A stretch of DNA of 64,000 nt from Octopus sinensis (taxonomy: Eukaryota), in contig NC_043002.1 in the NCBI RefSeq assembly GCF_006345805.1, positions 114,266,001 through 114,330,000 on the forward strand. Direction: 5' to 3'. The position numbers were made by a program, and so were the translations under genes. Below, in pieces: positions 12,534 to 24,460 of the stretch. A model generated the notes under the pieces. It was not told the origin of the DNA. It searched no databases and saw only the letters and a program-made list of their open reading frames with translations. Numbering within the stretch: the first letter of the stretch is position 1; each line of letters opens with the position of its first letter.

Positions 12534-12851
12534 ATAATCCTTCAAACTGGGACAACTCGGAGTTTTATCTTGGCTAGTGAATAATTGTCACATATTACAT
12601 TTACAGATAAATTCCTCTATTTACATAATATCGAGGTCTCTTTTTCTTTCTTTTGTTATCTTACCGTTTTTATCAATATATATATACACACATATATATA
12701 GTTAATCCAAACAAGAAAACACAAAATAACACAGCAACGCGAGGATGTGGAACAAATAAAGTATTATTGGACGCTCAGGAAAGAAGGGGAGAGGAATATT
12801 ATTCCTAACTTTCTGGGAAAACTTCAATTTAGAAATACTAAATCAAATTTC

Positions 12852-12913
<62 letters not shown>

Positions 12914-12917
<4 letters not shown>

Positions 12918-13188
12918 TAGAAAAAAAAAACCTTTTATCAATTCAAAATGAACAATTAAATTACACCATCTAAAAAATTACATATAATAGAAATATTAAA
13001 ATTAAAATAACAATAATATACCGATGATTAAGTAAATTGCAAAATAATAAAAACGTATATATTTGGTATATATACGTATATATACCAAATATATACGTTT
13101 TTATTATTTTGTAATTATTATGTAATTTTCTAGATGGTGTAGTTTAATTGTTCATTTTGATTTGATAAAAGGTGTTTTTTTCTAATTT
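12914..13188. repeat. Fold-back palindrome embedded in (TA)n
   Basis: Outer arms about 70 bp. Spacer-less 82-bp inner palindrome 13035-13116 centred on ACGT, with one G.T pair. Confidence 0.9.
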
Positions 13189-13402
13189 ATATATATATAT
13201 ATATATATTACGATCCGGCTACGTACGTTGGGGACTTACCTCCCTTTGTCAGTCATTAAGACAATGATTTTGTAGCTTTTGAATTATTTAAACTCTTATC
13301 ATTAGCAAAAGGGGTACTAGTCAGTTTCCTCTATCACTTTTGTGACCTCTATTAATTTTGCCTCAAGGTTCTAACTGTTAATAAGCCACCCTTTTTAATT
13401 TG

Positions 13403-13446
<44 letters not shown>

Positions 13447-13474
13447 TATATATAATATCTGAGAGAGTGTGTGT

Positions 13475-13625
13475 GCATGTCTGTCTGTCCACCGCTACCG
13501 CTTGATAACCGGTGTTGGTATGTTTACGTATCCGTAACTTGGCGATTCAGGAACAGAGAATAAGTACCAAGCTAAAAAAAATTAAAAGGAAAAAAACTAC
13601 TGGGGTCGATTCATTGTACTAACTG
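13475..13625 (+). mobile_element. SINE family A 3' half, diverged
   Basis: GCTTGATAACCGGTGTTGGTATGTTTACGTATCCGTAACTT...GGGGTCGATT. Confidence 0.7.
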
Positions 13626-13654
13626 AAACTATTAAAAAACAAAATAAAAGATAA

Positions 13655-14110
13655 ATCAACACTGATGTGGGCTTTCAGAAGCTCGCAGCTTGCACAACAC
13701 CTTGTGAAGTCTATGCATCGATTATTCAAAGTCATTTCTTCAATAACTGTTATAATTTCTTTGCCTCCATCTTCGGGTGTATATATTCGGTAAAGATGTT
13801 ATTCTTGCGGTAAAGGCGGTATCCCTCTTTATCTGTCTGAGTTTCAAAGAAATATTCCAGGATATCTTTTGGTATATTTTTCATTTTTCACACAATGGTA
13901 GCTTAACTGAAGCCTCCAAAAGGACCAAGATTGAGTTGATTCGTGATACTTTCAGAGATCTTTGGAATGTCATCCTTATGATACCCCAATTGCAATCATC
14001 TGCTCTTGTCGTTCCACCAGATGAATGTGTGAGAATGAGGAATTCAGACTGTCCCTCTCCTAGAAGGATGATGTGACAACAGCTAGGAGTTCCTCACTCC
14101 CAGTGGTTTT
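13655..14110 (-). mobile_element. Decayed Helitron Rep-domain fragment
   Basis: Broken-frame peptides GTPSCCHIILL, ETQTDKEGYRLYRK, PEDGG and LKAHI match Helitron Rep motifs (GLPHxHILL, ETQTxxDGYPLYRRR, PEDGG, FxAHINVE) as recalled. Confidence 0.6.
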
Positions 14111-14279
14111 ACATAATATGCAAAATTATCCACAGCTGGGACTCTGACAGGTGCTACTACTCCGAGTTAGAGCATAGCTGGGAACGACAGGGGCTAAGTT
14201 GAGGTTCGATTTTCCTCGAAATCCTGGAAATCTCGAACCAGAGCTTCGCTACCGTATGCAGTTTAAAGTCACACATAAC

Positions 14280-14297
14280 ACACCCACAGACACACAC

Positions 14298-14339
<42 letters not shown>

Positions 14340-14608
14340 ACACATACACACACGCACGCGCGCACACACACACGCACGCACACACACACACACACGTACA
14401 CACACACACACACACGCACGCTTACACACGCACACACACACACGCACGCACGCACACACACACGCACACACACGCACACACACGCACACACACACACGCA
14501 CACACACACGCACACACACACGCACACACGCACACACACACACCACACACGCACACGCACACATACACACGCACACACACATGCACACACACACACACAC
14601 ACACACAT
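14280..14608. repeat. (CA)n/(CACG)n microsatellite
   Basis: Direct. Confidence 0.95.
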
Positions 14609-15299
14609 TTATGTGTGTATGTGTGCGTTTGCATGCGTATGTTTGTGCGTGGGTAGATATCTAGCAGTCTCTTCCACTTTAGTCCAAATCTACTTTTCTT
14701 TTTCATTTTTTCTTCTCATTGTTTTATTCACCCGTTTCTCTTCTGTTGTAACTCTTTATTGCCTATATATATATATTCAAGTTAAGAGGAAACCCAGCTG
14801 CAGAGTATTATGATGCTGTCAGATTTTGTTAAAGTGCTTTGCATAGACACTCGTCTGCCCTACAATAAGCAGCAGTCAAGTCTTCGGTCACACAGATTCC
14901 ATTGCAGTGGTTTTCGACGTTTATGCTTTATGCGCCGTTTTCGACATTCTACATCCGCCTCCAAGATTCCCTCAGTCAAAAAGTGCGTTCCAAATCATGT
15001 GACTATGATATTGAATATCTTATTTTCATTGTATATTAGCACAAACGCATTTTTTTTATAATGGAGTTTTTAAATTTAATAACAATAGAAAATACTGATT
15101 GATTTAAAACTTGAACCAAAGTAGTTTTTATATTTCTAACTAATCAATTAATAGATTGAAGTTACTGAAGCATAATTCAATAATTTAAAAAAAAAATTCA
15201 ATAAAATGGCAGGGTATAGTAATTCATTTTATTCTCATGAATTGCAGTCAATGAGAAATTCGTGCTTGTTTTTTTCTTCATCAATTCTTGGATACATGG

Positions 15300-15520
15300 A
15301 AAAGTGCTCGAAAGAGCTCAACACAGATTATTTCCAACTTAGGTTGTTTCGTTTCCATATACGACAGACTTGAAAAGTCTGACTTACAAAACTATTTCGA
15401 CGCAAATATAAGCAATGCATGTACAGCTCTTTCTATTATTTTCGAGTTTAAATCACCCAGCAAGGGTCAACATTTTGTGATTAGTTTCTTATCGAACATA
15501 TTATTTGCTCCTGGGTCATT
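15300..15520 (-). mobile_element. Decayed hAT (Buster/Charlie) transposase C-terminal dimerisation region
   Basis: AVHALLIFASK*FCKSDFSSLSYMETKQ resembles A...LLPFxSTYLCExGFSxLxxIKTK. Confidence 0.5.
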
Positions 15521-15587
15521 CTTTAGATCCAAAAATTCATTTTAAATATCATCAGGGATTTCAAAACTGAGAATTTGTGTTTCAAAT

Positions 15588-15628
15588 TTAATTCAACTCC
15601 GTATCCACGGGGTACGGAGTTGAATTAA
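15588..15628. repeat. Perfect 16-bp-stem hairpin
   Basis: TTAATTCAACTCCGTA-TCCACGGGG-TACGGAGTTGAATTAA. Confidence 0.9.
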
Positions 15629-16099
15629 CGTGACCTTTTACTGAATCTTTTATTCATTAAAGAATACATCAGTAATTTTAATCTATTAATTACTTTGAAA
15701 AACTTACTGTGGTCAGGAAAAAGTGAGTTGAATTAATTTTGTAGTCCTGTAAATACTACAAAACATTTTTCGTAAAATAAGGAGGCCTTGCGTTTCACCA
15801 CCGGCAATAAGAACAGATGATAATAATAACTTTTGTATTATCCTCTCAATTTACACCAAAATCTCAGACAATAACAAATAATATTGTATTTATTGTCTGT
15901 AAAAATTATAGAATATAAAACAACTTTGATAAAAACTTATAACTACTTTTCTGACGAAAACAATGCCGTTCTGAACGTTTTGGCCGCAACTGTATGTGTA
16001 TGTGTATATGTATGTATATGAGTGTAATGCTGTGCCAACTTCATTTATACGGATATGCATGCATTTGTATATGTGCGGGTGTAGGTGTGTGACGGGAGG

Positions 16100-16315
<216 letters not shown>

Positions 16316-16504
16316 GTAAGCATATATACATATGTGTGTGTGTTCGGGAGTGTGAATGTATGTATGAATATAAATACGTATATGTATACTATAAATGTCT
16401 AAATATATATGTATTATGTTACGTGTATGCACGTAAGCAACTATGTGTAAATGAGGATGAGGTTGCGTACATACATATATACATAAATACACACACACAC
16501 ATAT

Positions 16505-16855
16505 GTATATACAAAATGGAACACAAGAACGCAAAACATCCAGACAGTTAGTTGATACAAAAAAGGGACAACAAAACATCCACATAGACGATACAAAGAA
16601 AACAAGGACGGGTCATTCGGAGTTTTCTTTCCTCGGTCGAGTTCCAGCTTCTCTTTGCAATTTCGGTCAGCCCCAAGGAAAAACTAAACTAAGAGCATTA
16701 GATTCCTTGGAAGAAAGCAGCGAATGTATACGAAAACAAGGACAGAAAAAAAACGGAGAAGCTTACACAAATACAAATAACAGGACATAACAACTTCGAC
16801 TAAGGACGAATTAAATTAAGTTTGCGTGTGTGGATGTAAAGCCTTACGGCAGTCA
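16505..16855 (-). mobile_element. Dispersed repeat family P2 copy
   Basis: Reverse complement similar to 5830-6290 (shared TCTAATGCTCTTAG, GAATGACCC and GACTGCCG blocks). Confidence 0.55.
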
Positions 16856-17109
16856 TACATGTGTGGATATGTGTGTATGTATGAGTACATAATACATATA
16901 TGATTGTTTGCGTGTGTGTGTGTACATGTATGTATATGTGCTTGTGTGAGTGTGTACGCATGTAGACGTTGCGAACGCAGGAGGTTTATGTCTATGTATT
17001 GTGAGAATTTGGTTTCGTGTACTTTTTATCTTTCTTCTTTTTGTTTTTCTTTCTATTAGAGTTACTTCCCTTTTAGTTAAGGTTTTTTTCATAGCGTCTG
17101 TTGCCATTA

Positions 17110-17168
17110 ATAGCCGACGAGAATGTATCGTAACTATTCGCTCCGACATTCGAAACTCCGAGTACTAT
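17110..17168 (+). ncRNA. Type I hammerhead ribozyme-like motif (U4C variant) in a short microsatellite-flanked element (about 16935-17260)
   Basis: ATAG-CCGACGA-GAATGT...ACATTC-GAAA-CTC-C-GAG-TA-CTAT: helix I 4 bp, helix II 6 bp with a G-C closing pair, palindromic helix III, GUA site. Confidence 0.6.
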
Positions 17169-17279
17169 AATGACGATCTTTTACTGTTTGGTCTAAACTC
17201 TAAGATGTATAAATAATCCTCTATTTCTCAAGGCGTCATACTTTTGTTGTTACATTTTATTATTATTATTATTATTATT

Positions 17280-17836
17280 ATTGAGTGAGAGAGCAGTTCA
17301 TGCCATCAAAGTGACCCTGGGGTAAAATATACGAAGCCTAGTATACCCATCATGACTACCCGTCTGATAAGGGTACACTAGGCACATGCATCACAACCAT
17401 ATGTGTGCGACATGGTGATCTCATATCAAAATAAACAGCACATGACCTTGCAGGTGGGGCCCAGTTAGAATTTTCTTCAGGTCGAGTAACCCATCCCACT
17501 CGAAAGGTCCCTGAATAAGGGTTGTTTAAGGATGTTGAACGAACCACCCAAGTTTCCAGAGGTGAATTATTCAAACCCCAAAGAATCCCTTTAAACACAT
17601 GGCTATGATGCTCCTCCACTACTTCTGCTCGTGATCAGAGATGCACATATCGTCAGCCACTAAGGGACATGGTCAACTGGTTAGGGTCAAGCAACTGACA
17701 TGCAAATCTGTGTTATTGAGCAGAATATTTGCTGTAGGCCATCTTTTATACCAAGACAAAACAATGTACACGATAATACTTCCAATCAGTTAAGATCAGA
17801 AGCCATGAGAGCCACTGCCTGGTACTGCATCAGGGC

Positions 17837-17840
<4 letters not shown>
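17280..17840 (-). mobile_element. About 560-bp dispersed retroposon-like repeat ending in (TAA)n, family E copy 1
   Basis: High identity to 18022-18478. Each copy is preceded on the plus strand by an (ATT)n tail. Confidence 0.75.
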
Positions 17841-17870
<30 letters not shown>

Positions 17871-17916
17871 AATATTATTATCATTAATATTATTATTATT
17901 ATTGTAGTTGTTGTTG

Positions 17917-17982
<66 letters not shown>

Positions 17983-17984
17983 TA

Positions 17985-18021
<37 letters not shown>

Positions 18022-18024
<3 letters not shown>

Positions 18025-18478
18025 GAGTGAGAGAGCAGTTCATGCCATCAAAGTGACACTGGGTTAAAATATACGAAGCCCAATATACCCATCATGACTA
18101 CCAGTCTGATAAGGGTACACCAGGCACATGCATCACAACCATATGTGCACGACATGGTGATCTCATATCAAGATAAACAGCACATGACCTTGCAGGTGGG
18201 ACCCAGTTAGAATTTTCTTCAGGTTGAGTAGCCCATCCTGCTCAAAAGGTCCCTGAATAAGGGTTGTTTAAGGATGTTGAACGAACCACCCAAGTTTCCA
18301 GAGGTGAATTATTCAAATCCCAAAGAATCCCTCTCAACATATGGCTATGATGCTCCCCCACTACTTCTGCTCATGATCAGAGGTACACATATCGTCAGCC
18401 ACTAAGGGACATGCTCAACTGGTTAAGGCCAAACAACTGACAAGCAAAACTGTGTTATTGAGCAGAATATTTGCTGTA
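18022..18478 (-). mobile_element. Family E copy 2 (5'-truncated), flanked by (ATT)n tracts
   Basis: Matches 17280-17737. (ATT)n at about 17838-18023 and 18478-18672. Confidence 0.75.
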
Positions 18479-18594
18479 ATTATTATTATCATTATTATTA
18501 TTATTATTATTATTACTATTATTATTATTATTATTATTACTATTATTATTATTATAATAATAATTATTATTATTATAATTTTCATTATTATTAC

Positions 18595-18676
<82 letters not shown>

Positions 18677-19232
18677 GCGTACATACATAAACATATTTAT
18701 CTGTATGCGTGTGTTAGTGCAGTGAATCATGTTCCTATGTATTTTTCAGACTCGCCATACGTGGAGTAAAAACACAAACGAGATTACTCGTCAAAAGAAA
18801 AGTCTTTTCCAGTGATTAGTTATCTACCCATTGACAATAATAACTTTTATTCTATTCTACTGTTTCCGTGCTTTCGTTTTAGTCGTTGTGACACGTGTCA
18901 AATCATTAAAAGACTTGAAATGCTTCTTGAAGTGTTATCAAAGTTTTTATGCTATTTGATAGCATGTTTGATATCAGAGGTCACGGACCAAATAACAGAA
19001 CGTTTTAGCACTTAAAGTTAACATGCACTGATATATATGCAGAGGAGCTTGGAAGAGAATTTTTCAGATAAGGGGATAGGAGAACAAGACGAAAGAGTTC
19101 TCTTCAACATTGTGGGTGGCAATTATATGTATAATAATGTGTGTATATATGTTTATGCAGTCATACATACATACTTACATACTGACATACACACACACAC
19201 ATATATGTTTGTGTATATATATATATATATAT

Positions 19233-22200
19233 AAGTTTAACAATTAAGGATAATCTCTTAATAAGGGATCTTAACAAGAAATTATCGGGTAGCTAGCGTG
19301 AAAACCTCATAAAAGAAAAGAATCCGAAAATAATTTTTTTCTTTGAACAAATTAATTATATCTATATTGTATAAAGGGCATTATTACACATAAATGCCTC
19401 ACACTAGGAGGGACAAAGTCATTACTACCAAAAATTATACTAATCATACCCAAATGCAGTTTTTCAAAGCAAGACATTTAAAAATGAATTATGTTCTGTA
19501 TCACCGTGATTTCACATACAACTTGCGTCTAATGATCGTCAGCAGAACTGATTCTGAATACATCATAAATAAACCAACCTTATGTAGCGAAGACGAACAG
19601 ACAACTGTTCACTCCGGCCAAGCACATGGAATGTTTATAAATCATATATCCGGTAAATGGCGGGCTTTTTTACGAACTGCATGTCGGGTAATGAAAAGTA
19701 TTTCGGAATAAGTTTAACAATTAAGGATAATCTCTTAATAAGGGATCTTAACAAGAAATTATCGGGTAGCTAGCGTGAAAACCTCATAAAAGAAAAGAAT
19801 CCGAAAATAATTTTTTTCTTTTGAACAAATTAATTATATCTATATTGTATAAAGGGCATTATTACACATAAATGCCTCACACTAGGAGGGACAAAGTCAT
19901 TACTACCAAAAATTATACTAATCATACCCAAATGCAGTTTTTCAAAGCAAGACATTTAAAAATGAATTATGTTCTGTATCACCGTGATTTCACATACAAC
20001 TTGCGTCTAATGATCGTCAGCAGAACTGATTCTGAATACATCATAAATAAACCAACCTTATGTAGCGAAGACGAACAGACAACTGTTCACTCCGGCCAAG
20101 CACATGGAATGTTTATAAATCATATATCCGGTAAATGGCGGGCTTTTTTACGAACTGCATGTCGGGTAATGAAAAGTATTTCGGAATAAGTTTAACAATT
20201 AAGGATAATCTCTTAATAAGGGATCTTAACAAGAAATTATCGGGTAGCTAGCGTGAAAACCTCATAAAAGAAAAGAATCCGAAAATAATTTTTTTCTTTT
20301 GAACAAATTAATTATATCTATATTGTATAAAGGGCATTATTACACATAAATGCCTCACACTAGGAGGGACAAAGTCATTACTACCAAAAATTATACTAAT
20401 CATACCCAAATGCAGTTTTTCAAAGCAAGACATTTAAAAATGAATTATGTTCTGTATCACCGTGATTTCACATACAACTTGCGTCTAATGATCGTCAGCA
20501 GAACTGATTCTGAATACATCATAAATAAACCAACCTTATGTAGCGAAGACGAACAGACAACTGTTCACTCCGGCCAAGCACATGGAATGTTTATAAATCA
20601 TATATCCGGTAAATGGCGGGCTTTTTACGAACTGCATGTCGGGTAATGAAAAGTATTTCGGAATAAGTTTAACAATTAAGGATAATCTCTTAATAAGGGA
20701 TCTTAACAAGAAATTATCGGGTAGCTAGCGTGAAAACCTCATAAAAGAAAAGAATCCGAAAATAATTTTTTTCTTTGAACAAATTAATTATATCTATATT
20801 GTATAAAGGGCATTATTACACATAAATGCCTCACACTAGGAGGGACAAAGTCATTACTACCAAAAATTATACTAATCATACCCAAATGCAGTTTTTCAAA
20901 GCAAGACATTTAAAAATGAATTATGTTCTGTATCACCGTGATTTCACATACAACTTGCGTCTAATGATCGTCAGCAGAACTGATTCTGAATACATCATAA
21001 ATAAACCAACCTTATGTAGCGAAGACGAACAGACAACTGTTCACTCCGGCCAAGCACATGGAATGTTTATAAATCATATATCCGGTAAATGGCGGGCTTT
21101 TTTACGAACTGCATGTCGGGTAATGAAAAGTATTTCGGAATAAGTTTAACAATTAAGGATAATCTCTTAATAAGGGATCTTAACAAGAAATTATCGGGTA
21201 GCTAGCGTGAAAACCTCATAAAAGAAAAGAATCCGAAAATAATTTTTTTCTTTTGAACAAATTAATTATATCTATATTGTATAAAGGGCATTATTACACA
21301 TAAATGCCTCACACTAGGAGGGACAAAGTCATTACTACCAAAAATTATACTAATCATACCCAAATGCAGTTTTTCAAAGCAAGACATTTAAAAATGAATT
21401 ATGTTCTGTATCACCGTGATTTCACATACAACTTGCGTCTAATGATCGTCAGCAGAACTGATTCTGAATACATCATAAATAAACCAACCTTATGTAGCGA
21501 AGACGAACAGACAACTGTTCACTCCGGCCAAGCACATGGAATGTTTATAAATCATATATCCGGTAAATGGCGGGCTTTTTTACGAACTGCATGTCGGGTA
21601 ATGAAAAGTATTTCGGAATAAGTTTAACAATTAAGGATAATCTCTTAATAAGGGATCTTAACAAGAAATTATCGGGTAGCTAGCGTGAAAACCTCATAAA
21701 AGAAAAGAATCCGAAAATAATTTTTTTCTTTTGAACAAATTAATTATATCTATATTGTATAAAGGGCATTATTACACATAAATGCCTCACACTAGGAGGG
21801 ACAAAGTCATTACTACCAAAAATTATACTAATCATACCCAAATGCAGTTTTTCAAAGCAAGACATTTAAAAATGAATTATGTTCTGTATCACCGTGATTT
21901 CACATACAACTTGCGTCTAATGATCGTCAGCAGAACTGATTCTGAATACATCATAAATAAACCAACCTTATGTAGCGAAGACGAACAGACAACTGTTCAC
22001 TCCGGCCAAGCACATGGAATGTTTATAAATCATATATCCGGTAAATGGCGGGCTTTTTTACGAACTGCATGTCGGGTAATGAAAAGTATTTCGGAATAAG
22101 TTTAACAATTAAGGATAATCTCTTAATAAGGGATCTTAACAAGAAATTATCGGGTAGCTAGCGTGAAAACCTCATAAAAGAAAAGAATCCGAAATAATTT

Positions 22201-22413
22201 TTTTCTTTTGAACAAATTAATTATATCTATATTGTATAAAGGGCATTATTACACATAAATGCCTCACACTAGGAGGGACAAAGTCATTACTACCAAAAAT
22301 TATACTAATCATACCCAAATGCAGTTTTTCAAAGCAAGACATTTAAAAATGAATTATGTTCTGTATCACCGTGATTTTTGGTAGTAATGACTTTGTCCCT
22401 CCTAGTGTGAGGC

Positions 22414-22418
<5 letters not shown>
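19233..22418 (-). mobile_element. Tandem array of 477-478-bp hammerhead-bearing units (6 full + 1 partial) with terminal 44-bp inversion; candidate retrozyme/PLE-mobilised retroposon
   Basis: Units start at 19233, 19710, 20188, 20665, 21142, 21620 and 22098. The only differences I can see are homopolymer lengths. (TA)n on both sides. 22375-22418 is the reverse complement of TAAATGCCTCACACTAGGAGGGACAAAGTCATTACTACCAAAAA within the unit. Confidence 0.8.
19493..19548 (-). ncRNA. Type I hammerhead ribozyme, unit 1 (repeated at 19971-20026, 20449-20504, 20925-20980, 21403-21458, 21881-21936; 3' remnant 22358-22377)
   Basis: Minus strand GTTCTG-CTGACGA-TCATTAGAC-GCAA-GTTGTATGT-GAAA-TCAC-G-GTGA-TA-CAGAAC: 6-bp helix I, canonical CUGACGA and GAAA boxes, GCAA-capped helix II, palindromic helix III, AUA cleavage triplet. 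Confidence 0.7.
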
Positions 22419-22478
<60 letters not shown>

Positions 22479-22903
22479 CATACATATACATACATATATA
22501 CACACACACATATATATAGAGATATATATATGTATATGGGCGCGTGTGTATGCGTGAGAGAGTAGTGGATTATATGATATATAATTCTATATAGCATATA
22601 TGTTATATATATACGCGCGCGCACACACACACACATATACATATAGAGACATACGTAGATACATGCATGCATAAATAATACATACATATATACAAATGGT
22701 TCTTGTTTATCTTGTAGTACAAAGTCATTAAAGTACTCGAGACAACCTTGTGTTAGAAGTGTGTTGTCTGATATATGTTTATTTATATATAAGTTAAACA
22801 GGATTACATTTCAGAACCAGGTTTCGTTCACTCGGCTATGCGCGTCAGTAGATTGATATGGTTATGATGTAAATTGCGTTCACTTCGTCTTCAAATGATC
22901 ATA

Positions 22904-22990
22904 CATATTGGCTCATTTGGTTGTCTGTTCTTTTAACTTTTAACTAGTCGAGACTGGGAAACAATGCAACCATATTTTATCCCCGGCTCA
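22904..22990. repeat. About 80-bp segment duplicated at 25731-25810
   Basis: Identical apart from a 7-bp slippage insertion in this copy. Confidence 0.9.
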
Positions 22991-23802
22991 ACTTTCAGTT
23001 ATCGTGCATGAAGGAATTCTATTTTGAAATTTACAAGAATTAATTTTAACGAAATTAGTTAAGTCTTTTGCTTAGAATTGGTGAAAAATTGCTTTGGATT
23101 TGAGTAGGTGCATAATATGGAGTTTTTCTGTAACACAGAGATTGTAGAACTTCGTTATACTACATTTTTCGGCATACAAATCGACATAGTATATAGTGTA
23201 AAGATATATACAAACATTCAAAGATCGTCATTATCTTTCCAAATCCAGCTGTATATCACATGGATTTTTGGACCTCCAAAGTAATCTTGGTGTATAATGG
23301 GTGGCCTCCCATTTTTCTGCCGTAATTCTAAATTTACTTCGAAAGTGGTGTGATGTTTTCCAGGTGTCGATGACGCGATGAGTTGTTGCAATGAGGCGAC
23401 ACAGCTAATCACTGATAACATAAGCAAACATTACACATTTACACAGGATGTAAGCAATGAAAAATAGAGATATTAGTTTCTTTATTAAAAATATTACAGT
23501 TCTACTGAAGACAGTCTACTTCTCGTATTCATAACAAAAAAACAACAACCCAAAACAGGAAGTGTGATAAAATGTATGCGGTATGCATCTTTCACGCCAC
23601 AGAAATTAGTTACGGAATTCTGCAGTAATATGGAAAGAGGTTCGACATACCTTGTGGTAGAAAATGTTCTACTTATGTATCCTACCAAAAGCTAAGGGCT
23701 TTTAAAGGCTATGGTAAATTATACCTACCTCGGATTTTGACCTCAAATAAGAATTTATCCTCACTTAAACGTGGATGTTCTGTTAGACAAACTTTACAGT
23801 AG

Positions 23803-23928
23803 TAGTTACCATAAGGGAAACTCTCATATGGGCTTTTGGTGCAAAATGCACGTTTAATTATATATAAATATAAACAAGCGTGCATTTTGCAGCAAAAGCC
23901 CATATGAGATTTTCTCTCATGGTTACTA
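23803..23928. mobile_element. About 126-bp inverted-repeat element (MITE-like hairpin)
   Basis: Inner 31-bp arms (23822-23852 / 23879-23909) with one mismatch, plus imperfect outer arms and an AT-rich loop. Confidence 0.65.
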
Positions 23929-24089
23929 GCACAATGTAGTTTTTTTGAGGATGGATATTACTTCTCGGTATTAATATTGCATCTGTTGCCAGTAATTTTC
24001 AAATATGAATTGTTAGATAACTACGAGCCTTTTCCAAAACTAGATTACAAATTCTTCCGCAGAGCTGTAGAAACGTAAGTACGGGCATA

Positions 24090-24460
24090 ATATTTCCAAT
24101 GAAGCATTACCGCTTTTTGATTACGCCCTAAAACACCCAATAAATTTAAATTATTTTCATGAAAATGTGAGAATGAAATATAACCCGAAAAGTATGACTT
24201 ATTTGTTGAGCCAATTAACCAAGGTGTGATACCTAACTTGAAGGCATATTATTTGGGATGAATAATTTTGAAACGATTCATAGAAGCAATTAATGTAGAG
24301 AATAAACCTATAGTCATAGTCTTTTTCAAAAAGTTTAACATTATGGAGGCCATTGATAACATAGCTAAGTCATGGGATGAAGTATAACTATCAGTTACAA
24401 ATGTTTGGCAAACCATGTGACCAGACTGTATCCGTGACTTTACAGGTTTCCCTCTGGCAG
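24090..24460 (+). mobile_element. Decayed Tigger/pogo transposase (DDE_1 C-terminal part)
   Basis: EPINQGVIPNLKAYYLG*...FFKKFNIMEAIDNIAKSWDEV*...VWQTM*PDCIRDFTGFP matches Tigger1-type QPxDQGVIxxFKAYY...FNIxxAI...AWxEV...WPxCVxDFxGF. Confidence 0.8.

Noticed and set aside
13310-13370. Minus-strand GAAAC-TGACTA-GTA
   Set aside because: No matching core or helix I upstream.
14800-15060. Basic peptide CRKRRIKHKRRKPLQW on the minus strand
   Set aside because: Short, bounded by stops, and no family recognised.
19394-22099. Repeated 105-aa ORF MPHTRRDK...
   Set aside because: No recognisable domain, antisense to the ribozyme strand, and broken by a homopolymer indel in unit 3. Its identity across copies simply reflects the DNA repeat.
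19233-22377. CRISPR-like or rDNA-like array
   Set aside because: There are no unique spacers and no rRNA similarity. Whole units are identical, and the DNA is eukaryotic.
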